DNA of 62,559 nucleotides, the filler included, from Acidimicrobiia bacterium (GTDB lineage: Bacteria > Actinomycetota > Acidimicrobiia > Spongiisociales > SHLN01): the NCBI GenBank assembly GCA_041619515.1. It is 3 parts of 3 records of this genome, joined end to end, with 100 filler letters (N's around TTAATTAATTAA, not from the genome) between each part and the next. Parts side by side here need not be neighbours in the genome. Positions count along the whole stretch, not along the records: positions 1 to 21,162 come from JBFKDW010000053.1; positions 21,263 to 42,285 come from JBFKDW010000054.1; 1 more part is not named here. One strand, written 5' to 3'. Below are positions 18,390 to 29,400 of the stretch, one piece after another; the stretch's first letter is position 1, and every line of letters starts with the position of its first letter. The position numbers and the translations under genes were made by a program. The notes under the pieces were generated by a model. That model worked only from the letters and a program-made list of their open reading frames with translations, searched no databases and was not told where the DNA came from.

Positions 18390-19325
18390 CTAGCCGAGAC
18401 CCATACGGGCGCGGGCCGATTCCACGTCTCTGCCGATCTGTTCGACAAGTGCCCCGACCGAGTCAAACCGCTGTTCGGCCCGGAGCCGATCGATGAATTC
18501 GATCACCAGGTCTCGTCCATAGAGGTCGGCGGAGAAGTCGAGCAAATGGGCCTCGACCACCTCCCGGGCACCGTCGAAGGTGGGCCGCACGCCTATGTTC
18601 ACCACCGCCGGAATCCACTCGGCGTCGATCAGTGCCCTGGCGGTGTACACGCCCCGACCCGGCCTCAGGAGCCCCGGCCGGATCTCGAGATTCGCCGTCG
18701 GGAACCCGATGTCTGCGCCCCTGCGGTCGCCGGCAACCACCCGGCCGCTTCGTGTGAAGGGCCGGCCGAGCATTGCTGCGGCGGTCCGAACGTCCCCGGC
18801 TGCCACGGCTTGACGGATCGCCGACGAGGAAATGGGCCCCGACTCGGTTTCGAGGAGCGCAACCGCCCGCACCGAAAAACCGAAGTGGTCGCCCAGCCGG
18901 CGCAGTTCGTCCACGTCGCCGGCAGCATTGAGGCCAAATCGGAATCCGTTCCCCACCACCACCAGGCGCGCCCCGAGGCCGCCGGCCAGAACCCTCTCGA
19001 CGAACTCGTCTGGAGGCAGCGCCCGCACCGCCTCGTCGAATGTGAGCACTGCCGCGAAATCGAGGCCGGTTTGCTCGAATAGGACGAGCCGTTCCTCGGG
19101 CGTCGTGATCAGCTGTGGCGTGCGCTCGGGAGCAATGGTGGCGAGTGGATGCCGGTCGAATGTCACGGCGCCGAGCGGGAGGCCCCCCATCGAAGCCGCC
19201 TCCTCGGCCAGAGTCTGGAGCATTTGGCGATGGCCGAGATGGACTCCGTCGAACACCCCTACCGACACCGCCACTCCCGCCGGATGCGGCGTCCACACCG
19301 CAGGATCGCCCAGGAGCACCTTCAC
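18390..19325 (-). CDS. ribF: Bifunctional riboflavin kinase/FAD synthetase
   Basis: GVFDGVHLGH, ISSSAIR, IGFPTAN, NIGVRPTF, EAHLLDF. Confidence 0.97.
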   Translation of the reverse strand: MKVLLGDPAVWTPHPAGVAVSVGVFDGVHLGHRQMLQTLAEEAASMGGLPLGAVTFDRHPLATIAPERTPQLITTPEERLVLFEQTGLDFAAVLTFDEAVRALPPDEFVERVLAGGLGARLVVVGNGFRFGLNAAGDVDELRRLGDHFGFSVRAVALLETESGPISSSAIRQAVAAGDVRTAAAMLGRPFTRSGRVVAGDRRGADIGFPTANLEIRPGLLRPGRGVYTARALIDAEWIPAVVNIGVRPTFDGAREVVEAHLLDFSADLYGRDLVIEFIDRLRAEQRFDSVGALVEQIGRDVESARARMGLG

Positions 19326-20200
19326 GCCACTACCACCTCGGGCTTGACACCGCTGCCATGCCGGGCATAGATCGCCAGCAGGTTCCCGGCGCCGTCGAGA
19401 ACGACGGTCGGCTCATCAATCGGCAGCTCACCGGGAGTGAGAACCGATCCATGGGCGATGCGGCGACCAAGGTCGGCGTCGACCGTGAGGCTGGTGAGAT
19501 CCTTCAAACCGTCGGAGAACGAGAGCACGAGGTCGGCGATGGCGGTGGGGCGCTCGCTCAGCGCCTCCATGCCGGCCGCCTCTCCCACCTGGTGGGAGCC
19601 GATTCGGGTGCGTCGAAGCGCAACCAGATGGGCGCGACCCCCGAGCGCCCCGGCGATGTCATCCGCCAATGATCGCACGTAGGTGCCGCTCGAGCAGACA
19701 ACGCGCAGCTCGACGAGCGGGTAGTCACCCTCGACCAGATCCGTCGCCTCCAGCTCGAAGATGTGTACCGGCCGGGCGGGCCGCTCGATCTCCTCCCCGC
19801 GCCTGGCAAGCTCGTAGAGCCTCTGGCCACCGACTTTGATGGCAGACGCCATGGGCGGGACCTGTTCTATCTCCCCGCGGAAAGAGGGAAGCACCGCCCG
19901 TACCGATTCGAGCGACACCGGCAGCGGAGTGCGCCCGACCTCGGTGCCGTCGGCGTCGAGCGTATCGGTGGCAATGCCAAACCGGGCTCGGGCTGTGTAC
20001 TCCTTGGGCAGCCCCTGCACAAACCGGAGCAGGCGGGTGGCCCGGCCCAGCCCGAGCACCAGCAGTCCGGTCGCCATGGGATCGAGCGTCCCGGCGTGGC
20101 CCACCTTCCGGGTCTGCGCCAGATTCCTCACCTTGGCGACCACATCGTGCGATGTCCACCCCCCCGGCTTGTCGACGAGGAGAAACCCCTCAGCGGCCAC
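19322..20200 (-). CDS. truB: tRNA pseudouridine(55) synthase
   Basis: VDKPGGWTSHDVV, KVGHAGTLDPMATG, CSSGTYVRSLA. Confidence 0.97.
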   Translation of the reverse strand: MAAEGFLLVDKPGGWTSHDVVAKVRNLAQTRKVGHAGTLDPMATGLLVLGLGRATRLLRFVQGLPKEYTARARFGIATDTLDADGTEVGRTPLPVSLESVRAVLPSFRGEIEQVPPMASAIKVGGQRLYELARRGEEIERPARPVHIFELEATDLVEGDYPLVELRVVCSSGTYVRSLADDIAGALGGRAHLVALRRTRIGSHQVGEAAGMEALSERPTAIADLVLSFSDGLKDLTSLTVDADLGRRIAHGSVLTPGELPIDEPTVVLDGAGNLLAIYARHGSGVKPEVVVA

Positions 20201-21162
20201 GGAGGTACTCCCGTATCTTCTCGATCGCATCGCCGGCCGGGCCCTCGAACGTGAATCCGGCAGCGCGGGCATGCCCACCTCCTCCGAAGGCGCCGGCCAG
20301 CGCACCGACATCGAGCGTCGCCCGGGACCGAACGCTTGCTTTGGTGCCCTCCGGAGTCTCGGTGAGCAGAACCGCGACATCGGCCTCGCGGGCGATGCGG
20401 ATGTAATCGATCAGACCTTCGGCCTCGACAGATGTCACGCCTGCCGAAGCGAGATCGTCGAGGCGCAGTTCGGACCACACGAGGGAGAGGTCCGCCTCCA
20501 GAACGGCGCGCTGGAGCACGACACCGGCCACCGTGAGGAAATCGAACGGGGAGTTCTCGTACACCATTTGCCCGATCTCCTCCGGGTGCGCTCCCGCCTC
20601 CACCAGCTCGGCTGCAATCCGGAATGTACGCGGTGAGGTGTTCGAGTACTGGAATCGGCCGGTGTCGGTGACCACCCCCAGCAGCAGCGCCAAAGCGGCG
20701 TCGGCATCGATCGGCCACGCGAGGGCGCGGAGCAGCTCGTAGGTCACGACTGCTGAGGCCGCCGCTCCGCCGTCGATCAGGTTGATGTCGCCGAACCCCT
20801 CGTTGGTGATGTGGTGATCGACGACGATCAGCGTTCCGGCCCGGGTCGAAGCCTCGGCCAACGAGCCGAGGCGTGATCGATCGGCGGCGTCGAACGTGAC
20901 CATCAGCTCGGGAACGGCTGGGAAATCGGCCGGGGGCACGAGCGCGTCGAGCTCGAGCAGCGTGAAGTACTCCGGCAGCTCGAAGGGCTCACCGAAGCTG
21001 ACCACTACCGACTTGCCCGCGGCAGCCGCCGCCCGGGCAAAGCCGACGGCCGAGCCGAGCGCATCACCGTCGGGCTTGAGATGGCACGTGACGGCTATGT
21101 GCTCGGCCGCGTCCAATACCTGGGCTGCCTTCAGGATTTCTGCATCGAGTGTCTTGTCAGCC
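20190..21162 (-). CDS. nrnA: DHH family oligoribonuclease/PAP phosphatase (5' end at contig break)
   Basis: H.KPDGDALGS, VDHH, TDTGRF, GGGGHARAAG. Confidence 0.9.
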
Positions 21163-21262
21163 NNNNNNNNNNNNNNNNNNNNNNNNNNNNNNNNNNNNNN
21201 NNNNNNTTAATTAATTAANNNNNNNNNNNNNNNNNNNNNNNNNNNNNNNNNNNNNNNNNNNN
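21163..21262. other. Artificial contig linker
   Basis: N44-TTAATTAATTAA-N44 (stops in all six frames). Confidence 0.98.
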
Positions 21263-21263
21263 A

Positions 21264-21277
21264 TGAGAGCGCTCTCG
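21264..21277. promoter_or_regulatory. LacI-family (CelR/CebR-like) operator 1
   Basis: TGAGAGCGCTCTCG with 12-bp perfect palindromic core; at the start site of a leftward promoter. Confidence 0.75.
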
Positions 21278-21280
21278 GAG

Positions 21281-21310
21281 AATTTAGCTTCTAACCCTAG
21301 CGAATGTCAA
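21281..21310 (-). promoter_or_regulatory. Leftward sigma70-type promoter pointing into the contig break
   Basis: Minus strand TTGACA-N18-TAAATT. Confidence 0.65.
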
Positions 21311-21338
21311 GTGGGAATTTGGAATGAAGCGAGTATAT

Positions 21339-21352
21339 TGGGAGCGCTCCTA
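21339..21352. promoter_or_regulatory. LacI-family (CelR/CebR-like) operator 2, upstream of GH1
   Basis: TGGGAGCGCTCCTA, 13/14 match to TGGGAGCGCTCCCA, abutting -10 TATATT (21334-21339). Confidence 0.8.
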
Positions 21353-21371
21353 TAGAAATGGACGGCAGCAC

Positions 21372-22787
21372 ATGGTCGAGCGCGAAGGACTGTCATTCCC
21401 AAAGGGCTTTGGGTGGGGTGCGGCCACCTCTGCCTATCAAATCGAGGGCGCGGCCCGGGTCGACGGCAAGGGCGAGAGCATCTGGGACCGGTTCGCGCAC
21501 ACGCCGGGCCGGATCCGCGACGGGACTACCGCCGATGTGGCCTGCAACCACTACGAGCGATGGCCCGAGGACGTCGAGCTCATGGCCGGGCTGGGGCTGG
21601 GGGCCTACCGCTTCTCGATCAGCTGGCCGCGCATTCTCCCAACCGGCCGCGGTCGAGTGAACCAGCCCGGGCTGGACTTCTACTCGGGTCTCGTCGACGG
21701 GCTCCTGGCGGCTGGGATCGAACCAGTCGTGACGCTCTACCACTGGGATCTGCCCCAAGCCCTCGAAGACGAGGGCGGCTGGCTGAACCGAGCCACCGTC
21801 GATGCGTTTGCCGACTATGCACGGATCGTCGCAGACTTCCTCGGGGATCGGGTCACCTACTGGGCGACCATCAACGAGCCGTGGGTGGCCGCCGACCACG
21901 GATACGGATCCGGTTGGCACGCACCGGGCGAGACCGGATCGGCCATCCCCGTCGGCCACCACCTGTTGCTGGCGCACGGCCGCGCTGTGGAGGTGATGCG
22001 CGACCGACGCCCTGCCGCACGGCTCGGAATCGTCCTCAACCTTGCTCCCCAGATCCCGGCCTCGGAGACAGAAGAGGACGCCACCGCCGCCGAGCTCGGC
22101 GACGGCGTGTTGAACCGCTGGTACCTCGATCCGCTGACCGGCCGGGGATATCCCGAAGACGTGCGTGCCCACTTCGACCTCGACCTCTCACACGTCTTTC
22201 CAGACGACCTCACCACGATCGCTCAGCCGCTCGACTTCCTCGGAGTCAACTACTACTTCCCCAATCGGGTGGCTGCCACCACCGACCCCGCCGGGAAGCT
22301 CGCCTGGTCCCAGGTCCCGGCCGGCCCCCGGACGGAAATGGGGTGGGAAATCTATCCACAGGGACTGACCGAGATCCTCCAGCGTGTAGACCGGGACTAC
22401 CGCTTCCCCGAGTACTACGTGACTGAGTGTGGCGCCGCCTTCGCCGACGAGGTGAGCGAGACCGGAAACATCGACGACCAGGATCGCATCGATTATCTGG
22501 CCGGGCACTTGGCGGCCGCCCATCGCGCAATCTCGGCCGGCGTTCCCCTCCGTGGATTCTTCGTGTGGTCGCTGCTCGACAACTTCGAATGGAGCGAGGG
22601 CTACACCAAGCGATTCGGCATCTTCCATGTCGACTTCGACACACTGGAACGCCGGCCCAAGGCCAGCAGCCGATGGCTGTCGCACGTCATTGAACGCAAC
22701 GGGCTGTCGGCACCGCAGCCGGGGCTCCCAGCCGGCCGAGCGCACAGCCGGAAGACCACAACCGGAGGTGTCGATGAGCGTCGGTGA
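21372..22787 (+). CDS. GH1 beta-glucosidase
   Basis: FGWGAATSAYQIEG, YRFSISWPRI, TLYHWDLP, TINEPW, VTECG, WSLLDNFEWSEG. Confidence 0.96.
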   Translation: MVEREGLSFPKGFGWGAATSAYQIEGAARVDGKGESIWDRFAHTPGRIRDGTTADVACNHYERWPEDVELMAGLGLGAYRFSISWPRILPTGRGRVNQPGLDFYSGLVDGLLAAGIEPVVTLYHWDLPQALEDEGGWLNRATVDAFADYARIVADFLGDRVTYWATINEPWVAADHGYGSGWHAPGETGSAIPVGHHLLLAHGRAVEVMRDRRPAARLGIVLNLAPQIPASETEEDATAAELGDGVLNRWYLDPLTGRGYPEDVRAHFDLDLSHVFPDDLTTIAQPLDFLGVNYYFPNRVAATTDPAGKLAWSQVPAGPRTEMGWEIYPQGLTEILQRVDRDYRFPEYYVTECGAAFADEVSETGNIDDQDRIDYLAGHLAAAHRAISAGVPLRGFFVWSLLDNFEWSEGYTKRFGIFHVDFDTLERRPKASSRWLSHVIERNGLSAPQPGLPAGRAHSRKTTTGGVDERR

Positions 22788-25700
22788 ACGCATCGAAGTC
22801 GTCGACGGAGTCGAGATGTATCGGATCTCGAACGCCGATGAGATGGACCCATTCCTGATGACGATCGTGAGCAGCTCGGACCTGTGGATGTTCATCTCCA
22901 GCGCCGGAGGCCTCTCCGCCGGCCGGGTCGAGCCGGCCGATTGCCTATTCCCCTACGAGACGGACGACAGGCTCCACGGAGCAAGGGGGCAAGTCGGCCC
23001 CGTCACCGTCCTTCGCGTCCGCAACCACGAGGGTACGATCCTCTGGGAGCCCTTTACGGGAACCAATCCCCATACCCGGAGGAATCTGTTCAAGAGCCTG
23101 CGCGGTGATGCCATCGTGTTCGAGGAGGAGCACCTCGACCTCGGCCTCGCCTTCCGGTCCCGGTGGGCACCCTCAGATCGATTCGGCTGGGTCCGGACCG
23201 CCTCGCTCCACAACCGGGATGCCGGCACTCGGATCACGATCGAAGCCGTCGACGGCCTGGTCGGTGTCATGCCGTGGGGCATCGGAGTTGCGCTCCAGCA
23301 GCAGATGAGCAACCTCGCCAATGCCTATCGTCGCAGCGAGCTGATCGAGCCCGGCATCGGCATATTCACGCTCGAAGCGCTGATCGTGGACCGGCCCGAA
23401 CCAGCCGAGGCCCTCCGGGCGACCACGGCTTGGACAACCGGGTTGGACCGCCCGCAGCTGAGCGTTGACCCGCTATCCCTGGAGTTGGCCAGGCGGGGCC
23501 AGCCGTTCCAACAATCCTCCTTGAGGACCGGCCGTCCCGGATCTTTCCTGCTCGGCGCCACCATCGAGGTCGAGCCCGGCCAATCCCTCACGTGGCACAT
23601 CGTGGCCGACGTGGCGCAGGATCATGCCGACATCGCCCGTCTCCGGGCCGAGCTGGCTTCCGGCCATGACATGGCGGCGGCGTTGGAAGAGGACATCGGG
23701 CGCTCCTCATCGAAGCTGCGGGACATCGTCGCCAGTTCCGACGGCGTGCACCTCACCTCATCCACCAAGATGGACGCCCACCACTTCGCCAACACCCTCT
23801 TCAACGTCATGCGGGGCGGCACGTTCATGGACGGGTACTCCGTGCACGCCGACCGGTTCGGGTCTTTCCTCGAGGAGCGCAACAGACGGGTGGCCGACCG
23901 GCACGCCGAATGGCTCGCAGCCTTGCCTCGATCGCTCGACGTGCAGGAGCTGCGGACCCGGGCGGCCGAGCCGGGAGACCCCAATCTCGTTCGGCTGGCC
24001 TACGAGTACCTGCCCCTCTCCTTCTCACGGCGCCACGGAGACCCGAGCCGGCCCTGGAATCACTTCTCCATACGGGTCCGGGACGAGCACGATGAACCGT
24101 TGATGACCTATCAGGGCAACTGGCGGGACATCTTCCAGAACTGGGAGGCGCTGTGCCGCAGCTACCCCGCTTTCCTCCCGTCGATGGTGGCCATATTCCT
24201 GAACGCATCGACGGCCGACGGTTACAACCCCTACCGGATAACCAGCGAGGGGGTCGATTGGGAGGTCCCCGAGCCGGACAATCCGTGGAGTGGCATCGGC
24301 TACTGGGGAGATCATCAGATCGTCTACCTGCATCGACTCCTCGAATCGCAGGAGGCCCACGACCCGGGTTGGCTGACCGGGGAGCTGGGTCGTGCCATCT
24401 ACACGTTCGCGGACGTGCCGTACCGGATCACCTCCTACGACGAGTTGGTGCGCAATCCGAAAGCAACGGTCGAGTTCGACGAGGAGGCCGACGAAGCCGT
24501 GGCGGCCCGGGTCTCGAGTCTCGGTAGCGACGGCAAGCTGGTGGCCGACGCCGAAGGCAACATCGTCCACGTCAGCCTTCTCGAAAAGCTCCTGATCCCG
24601 GCCTTGGCGAAGCTCTCGAACTTCGTCCCGCGGGGAGGGATATGGATGAACACGGAGCGTCCCGAATGGAACGACGCCAACAACGCCCTGGTTGGGAATG
24701 GCCTGTCGATGGTGACGCTCTCCTATCTCCGGGCCTACCTGCGCCGTCTCGGGGACCTGACCGCCGGCCTGACCGAGTCCTGGCAGGTATCGGCAGATGT
24801 CGTCGCCTGGACCCAGGCGCTCATCGCCATCTTCGAATCCCACTCGGCGCTGATCGAGGCCGATGAGCTCGCCGGCGAAAACCGCGCCCGGATGCTCCAC
24901 GAGCTGGGAGGCGTCTACGACGCGTATCGGGCCAACCTGTACGCGGCCGGAACGTCGGCACCCAAGCCCCTCGAAGCCGACACGCTCCAGCGTCTCGTGG
25001 GGGCGGCGCTCGTGCACCTGGACGACGCGGTCCGGTCGGCTCGCCGGGAAGACGGCCTCTACGACGCCTACAACATCCTCCACCTCCGGGAAGGCAATTC
25101 GATGGCCGGTGTCGAGCACCTTCCCCCCATGCTCGAGGGCCAGGTGGCAGCCATCAGCTCGGGCCTGCTCGACACCGACGAGGTCAGCGCCCTGATCGCA
25201 AAGATGTACGACTCCGGGCTCTATCGCGCGGATGTCGACAGCTTTCTGTTATACCCCGCCCGGCTGCGGCCCGGATTCGTGGAGCGGAACCTGATTCCGG
25301 CTCACTCGGTTGAGTCGAACCCGCTACTGACCGCCCTGCTCGAGGCCGGCTCCCGAGACGTCGTGGTCCGGGCCGCCGACGGGCGTCACCACTTCAACCC
25401 CGATTTTCGCCGGGCAAGCGACCTGGAGGCAGCCCTCGACCGGCTGGACGATGTACGGCTCCAGCCACTCGTGCGGGAGTTCCGGGCGGCCACGCTCGAG
25501 CTCTACGAAGAGGTGTTCCGCCACCGCGAGTTCACCGGTCGGTCCTCGAGCATGTACGCATACGAGGGAATCGGGTCCGTGTACTGGCATATGGTGGCCA
25601 AGCTGCTGGTTGCCGTTCAGGAGTGCATCCTGGCAGAGGCGGACCGGGCGGGTCCCGACTCGCTCGCAGAGCTGCTCGGCTGGTATGCCCGCATTCGGGC

Positions 25701-26232
25701 GGGACTCGGCTTCAATACCTCCGTTTCTGCCTACGGCGCGTTCCCGACCGATCCCTACTCACACACCCCGGCCCACGCCGGGGCCCAGCAGCCCGGCATG
25801 ACCGGCCAGGTGAAGGAGGAGCTGTTGACCCGCTGGGCAGAGCTCGGCCTCACCGTATCCAACGGGTCGATCCGTTTCACTCCGGTCCTGCTCGACCGCC
25901 GCGAGCTCCGGACCGAGCCGGGCAAGATGACCTACCTCGACCCCGCCGGCACGGCAGTCGACATGACGATCACTCCCGGGTCCCTGGGATTCACCGTCTG
26001 CCAGGTGCCGGTTGTCGTCCATGCCACCGATGACGGACCGCACGTGGTGGTGACGCGTGCCGATGGCACCGTCCAGCGCGTGGATGGATGGGTGCTTGCC
26101 GCCGAGACGTCGCAGGAAATCTTTCGACGCACCGGACGCGTGCAGCGCCTCGATGTGTTCGTTCCCGAATCATCGATGAACACGATCGGGCCGGCCGCAA
26201 CTCCCGCCGGCACTCAGTCCCACGCCGGATAA
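22774..26232 (+). CDS. Putative beta-1,3-glucan phosphorylase (GH149-like), 1152 aa
   Basis: Size and motifs RRHGDPSRPWN, YQGNWRDIFQNWEAL, GYWGDHQI, YEGIGSVYWHMV, GAQQPGMTGQVKE; between GH1 and GH16. Confidence 0.8.
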   Translation: MSVGERIEVVDGVEMYRISNADEMDPFLMTIVSSSDLWMFISSAGGLSAGRVEPADCLFPYETDDRLHGARGQVGPVTVLRVRNHEGTILWEPFTGTNPHTRRNLFKSLRGDAIVFEEEHLDLGLAFRSRWAPSDRFGWVRTASLHNRDAGTRITIEAVDGLVGVMPWGIGVALQQQMSNLANAYRRSELIEPGIGIFTLEALIVDRPEPAEALRATTAWTTGLDRPQLSVDPLSLELARRGQPFQQSSLRTGRPGSFLLGATIEVEPGQSLTWHIVADVAQDHADIARLRAELASGHDMAAALEEDIGRSSSKLRDIVASSDGVHLTSSTKMDAHHFANTLFNVMRGGTFMDGYSVHADRFGSFLEERNRRVADRHAEWLAALPRSLDVQELRTRAAEPGDPNLVRLAYEYLPLSFSRRHGDPSRPWNHFSIRVRDEHDEPLMTYQGNWRDIFQNWEALCRSYPAFLPSMVAIFLNASTADGYNPYRITSEGVDWEVPEPDNPWSGIGYWGDHQIVYLHRLLESQEAHDPGWLTGELGRAIYTFADVPYRITSYDELVRNPKATVEFDEEADEAVAARVSSLGSDGKLVADAEGNIVHVSLLEKLLIPALAKLSNFVPRGGIWMNTERPEWNDANNALVGNGLSMVTLSYLRAYLRRLGDLTAGLTESWQVSADVVAWTQALIAIFESHSALIEADELAGENRARMLHELGGVYDAYRANLYAAGTSAPKPLEADTLQRLVGAALVHLDDAVRSARREDGLYDAYNILHLREGNSMAGVEHLPPMLEGQVAAISSGLLDTDEVSALIAKMYDSGLYRADVDSFLLYPARLRPGFVERNLIPAHSVESNPLLTALLEAGSRDVVVRAADGRHHFNPDFRRASDLEAALDRLDDVRLQPLVREFRAATLELYEEVFRHREFTGRSSSMYAYEGIGSVYWHMVAKLLVAVQECILAEADRAGPDSLAELLGWYARIRAGLGFNTSVSAYGAFPTDPYSHTPAHAGAQQPGMTGQVKEELLTRWAELGLTVSNGSIRFTPVLLDRRELRTEPGKMTYLDPAGTAVDMTITPGSLGFTVCQVPVVVHATDDGPHVVVTRADGTVQRVDGWVLAAETSQEIFRRTGRVQRLDVFVPESSMNTIGPAATPAGTQSHAG

Positions 26233-26324
26233 GGGCCGCCGCCGGATGAGCGTTCGGCTCCCAACGGTTCCCGGCTCGTGGTCGCCGGGCCGACCGGGCA
26301 CGTCTCCCAGCGATTCCCTCTGCA

Positions 26325-26338
26325 CGGGAGCGCTCTCA
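26325..26338. promoter_or_regulatory. LacI-family (CelR/CebR-like) operator 3
   Basis: CGGGAGCGCTCTCA, 107 bp upstream of operator 4. Confidence 0.7.
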
Positions 26339-26393
26339 ACATCGGTCGCCGGACAGAAGCCCTGGGTGCGAGGCGCTTGCTGGGGTCTTGGTT

Positions 26394-26423
26394 TTGACGA
26401 AGAGTGGGCGAGTCGACTACAGT
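26394..26423 (+). promoter_or_regulatory. Promoter of the GH16 gene
   Basis: TTGACG-N18-TACAGT. Confidence 0.7.
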
Positions 26424-26430
26424 CGCCGGC

Positions 26431-26446
26431 GTGGGAGCGCTCCCAC
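26431..26446. promoter_or_regulatory. LacI-family (CelR/CebR-like) operator 4
   Basis: GTGGGAGCGCTCCCAC, perfect 16-bp palindrome containing the exact TGGGAGCGCTCCCA box, just after the -10. Confidence 0.9.
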
Positions 26447-26464
26447 CGGATTGAAGGAGAGAGC

Positions 26465-29400
26465 ATGCGCGAGGCGAGGCGGAGAACCCTGCGAGTTTTG
26501 GTGGCGATGATGATGATCGGCGGCCTGTTGATCGCAGTCCAGCCCGCCTCGCTGGCCGTGCCGGACGCAGTCGGCGTCGTCATCGACGACTTCGAGGACG
26601 GCAACACGTCGGATTGGGGCTTCTTCGGGGGCGTCAACGCCGGCGGCGGCGGCGGCCCGTCGTCCGACCGTCCCTACGAGGGCGGCTTCTACTTCAGCAC
26701 CGGCTGGGGCGGCGAGGGCACGGCCTCCGGCTTCTACGGCGGCGCCTTCAAGAACTTCCCGAACGCCGCCCAGGTGACCCCGCCGGCCGACCCGTGGTTC
26801 AACGTCTGGGTCTACAACCAGAGCAACGCCACGGTCGACGGCTACACCCTCGAGATCACGATTCGCGAGGACACGGCTGGAGACGGTTACACCGCCGGCA
26901 CCGACGACTCGTTCCGCCTCGATACTGGTTTCACGGCCTCCGACTTCGACGACGAGTGGACCCTCGTCAGCGCCCCACTCGGCAGCTTCACCGACCTGGG
27001 CACCGGCGGCAACGGCACCTTCGACGGCGACCTCGACGAGGTGGTGATCGTCATCGCCGGCGTCACCGGCGCCAACCCCTCGACGGTCGAGGTGGACTTC
27101 GACCTGTTCGCCTTCAGCTCCGGCGGGCCCCTCGCCTTCGACGAGGTGGTGTTCGACGACATGGAGCACGGCGACCCGTTCGCCAACAGCTGGTTCACCT
27201 TCAACGGCTCTGTCGGCGGCGGAGGCATCGGCCCGAACGCGGCCGACCTGCCCCCGGCCGACGGCGGCGCCTTCTCGCTCGAGACCGGCTGGGGCTCCGG
27301 AGGAACGCCGGGCTTCTTCGGCGGCTTCGGGCGCACCAACCCGGTCGACATCTCCGGCACCGACCACTTCAACTTCTGGATCAACCCCGACGCCGGCCAG
27401 GACTACACGCTGGAGATCAACCTCCAGGAGGACGACAACTCGGATGGCGCGGCCAATGCGGCTGACGACGACGAGTTCCAGTACAACTGCGTCGTGTCGG
27501 CGGCCGGCCCCTGCGCCACCGCCGGCGGCGGCTGGCAGCTCGTCTCGATCCCGCTCGACGACTTCTCCGACGACAACTCGTTCTTCACCGGCGGCAACGG
27601 CGTGCTCGACCCGACCACGCCCGCCCGCGGGGGCAACGGCGAGCTGATCAACGCCCTGTTCGTCGTCATCGGAAACGACGGCTCCGACGCGGTCTTCCGC
27701 ACCGATTACTGGGCCTTCACCCGTGGACCACTCGTGCCCGACGCCCGGACCGTCGTCGACGACTTCGAGAGCGGGGTAGCCCCGGGAACCCCGTGCGCTC
27801 CTGGCGCGCCACCGCTCGGCTTCTGCACGTTCCAGGGCGCCGGCAGCTCGGTCGCCATTTCCACCACGACCACCCCGCCCGCCCCGGTTCTTCCGGCGAT
27901 CGGCACACCCAACAGTGTCCTCCAAATGGACGTCGACGTGACGTCGTTCGCCGGGTTCATCCACGGCTTCGAGAGCGGCGGCAACTGGGTGTCGCAGGAC
28001 TGGTCGACCAGCGAGGGCCTCTCGCTGTGGTTCCACGGCAACAACTCCGGCATCACCGTGTTCATCGACATCCTCGACAACCGCAATCCCGGCTCCACCA
28101 CCGACGACGCCGAGCGGTTCACGGTCGACTTCGTCGACGACTTCGCCGGCTGGCAGCTGCTGGAGTTCCCGTTCTCGGCGTTCATCCGCAAGGGAATCGG
28201 CAACAACGCCCCCAACGACGGCCTCGGCCTGTTCCAGATGCACGGCTACGCCATCGGAACGCTCAACACCGGCGGGCCGCAGACGTTCTACGTGGACCAG
28301 GTGAGCGTCTACGGCATCGCCGCGCCGCCTGCGCTGGCGGTCAACTTCGCCGTGAATGAAACCGGCATACAGGAGGGAACAACCGGCGATGTTGGGGTCA
28401 AGCTCAACCGGCCGATGGGGCCCGCCGACCCGGCCCAGGTCAGCATCGACTTCACGACCGAGCCCGCCGGTGCCGTGCCCGGTGAGGACTACACCCCCAC
28501 CAGCGGCACGCTGACCTTTGTGAACGGAGGGGCGAGCGAGTTGACCTTCCCGGTCGAAACCTTCGACAACACCAAGTTCGCCGGCGACAAGCGAATCATT
28601 CTCCGGCTCTCGAATCCCGTCGACGTCGAACTGGGAGCGCAATCCCAGGCGGCGGTACGCATCGAGGACGATGAGCTGTTCGACCCCGAGCTGATCGACG
28701 ACTTCGAGCAGGGCGCCTTCCTGTGGGAGGGCGACGGGCTGGTCGAGTTCGACGCCGAGCGCGTTCTCGTCGGCGGCCCCGACGAGCGTCCCGGCCAGGA
28801 TGCGGTCGAGAACGTGCTGGCCATCTCGACGCCTGCCGCCGGGCCGGGGTACGACTCCATCAAGCAGGACGTGATCGCCGACCTCCAGGCACTGCTGCCT
28901 GCCAGCTCGAGCCAGAACAGCACGCGGATCGAAAAGGCCATCGGTCGTGTCGAGAAGAGCCTCAACCCGGGCTACTGGATCAACGGTTTCTTCCTCGACG
29001 AGAAGCACGGCAAGAAGGTCTTCGATTGGGAGCGGCAAGCGGTCAAGGAGCTCGGCAAGGTGTCGGGCCCCGAGGCTGCGGCCGCCCAGGCGGCCGTCGA
29101 CCTCCTGGTCGACGTCGACGCCGAGCTCGCCGGCCTGATGTTCGAGCTCGCCCTCCGCAACGACGGTGACGCCACCGACATCGCCAAGGCGGAGCGGGAA
29201 TTCGTCAGGGCAGCACGGGAGCTGGTGCGCGGCCGGTACGACAGGGCCATCTACCGCTACCGCAAGGCGTGGGAACACTCGATGGACGCCCTCGATCTCC
29301 CCGACGACAACGGCGCCGCCATCAGCCTGGGCACCGTCGCCCGCGACTTCGCTCTCGGCCAGGACTGGACGGGAACCGAGACGCTCGACTTCTGGTTCAA

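Noticed and set aside
21163..21262. TTAATTAATTAA palindrome flanked by Ns (also 42286-42385)
   Set aside because: Identical 100-nt pads with six-frame stops are assembly linkers; no operon links were inferred across them
26417..29278. 953-aa minus-strand ORF and other long antisense ORFs (12338-14779, 35094-37175, 15117-16838, 56420-57928)
   Set aside because: Shadow ORFs expected from high GC3 codon bias opposite or out of frame with well-supported genes; no motifs
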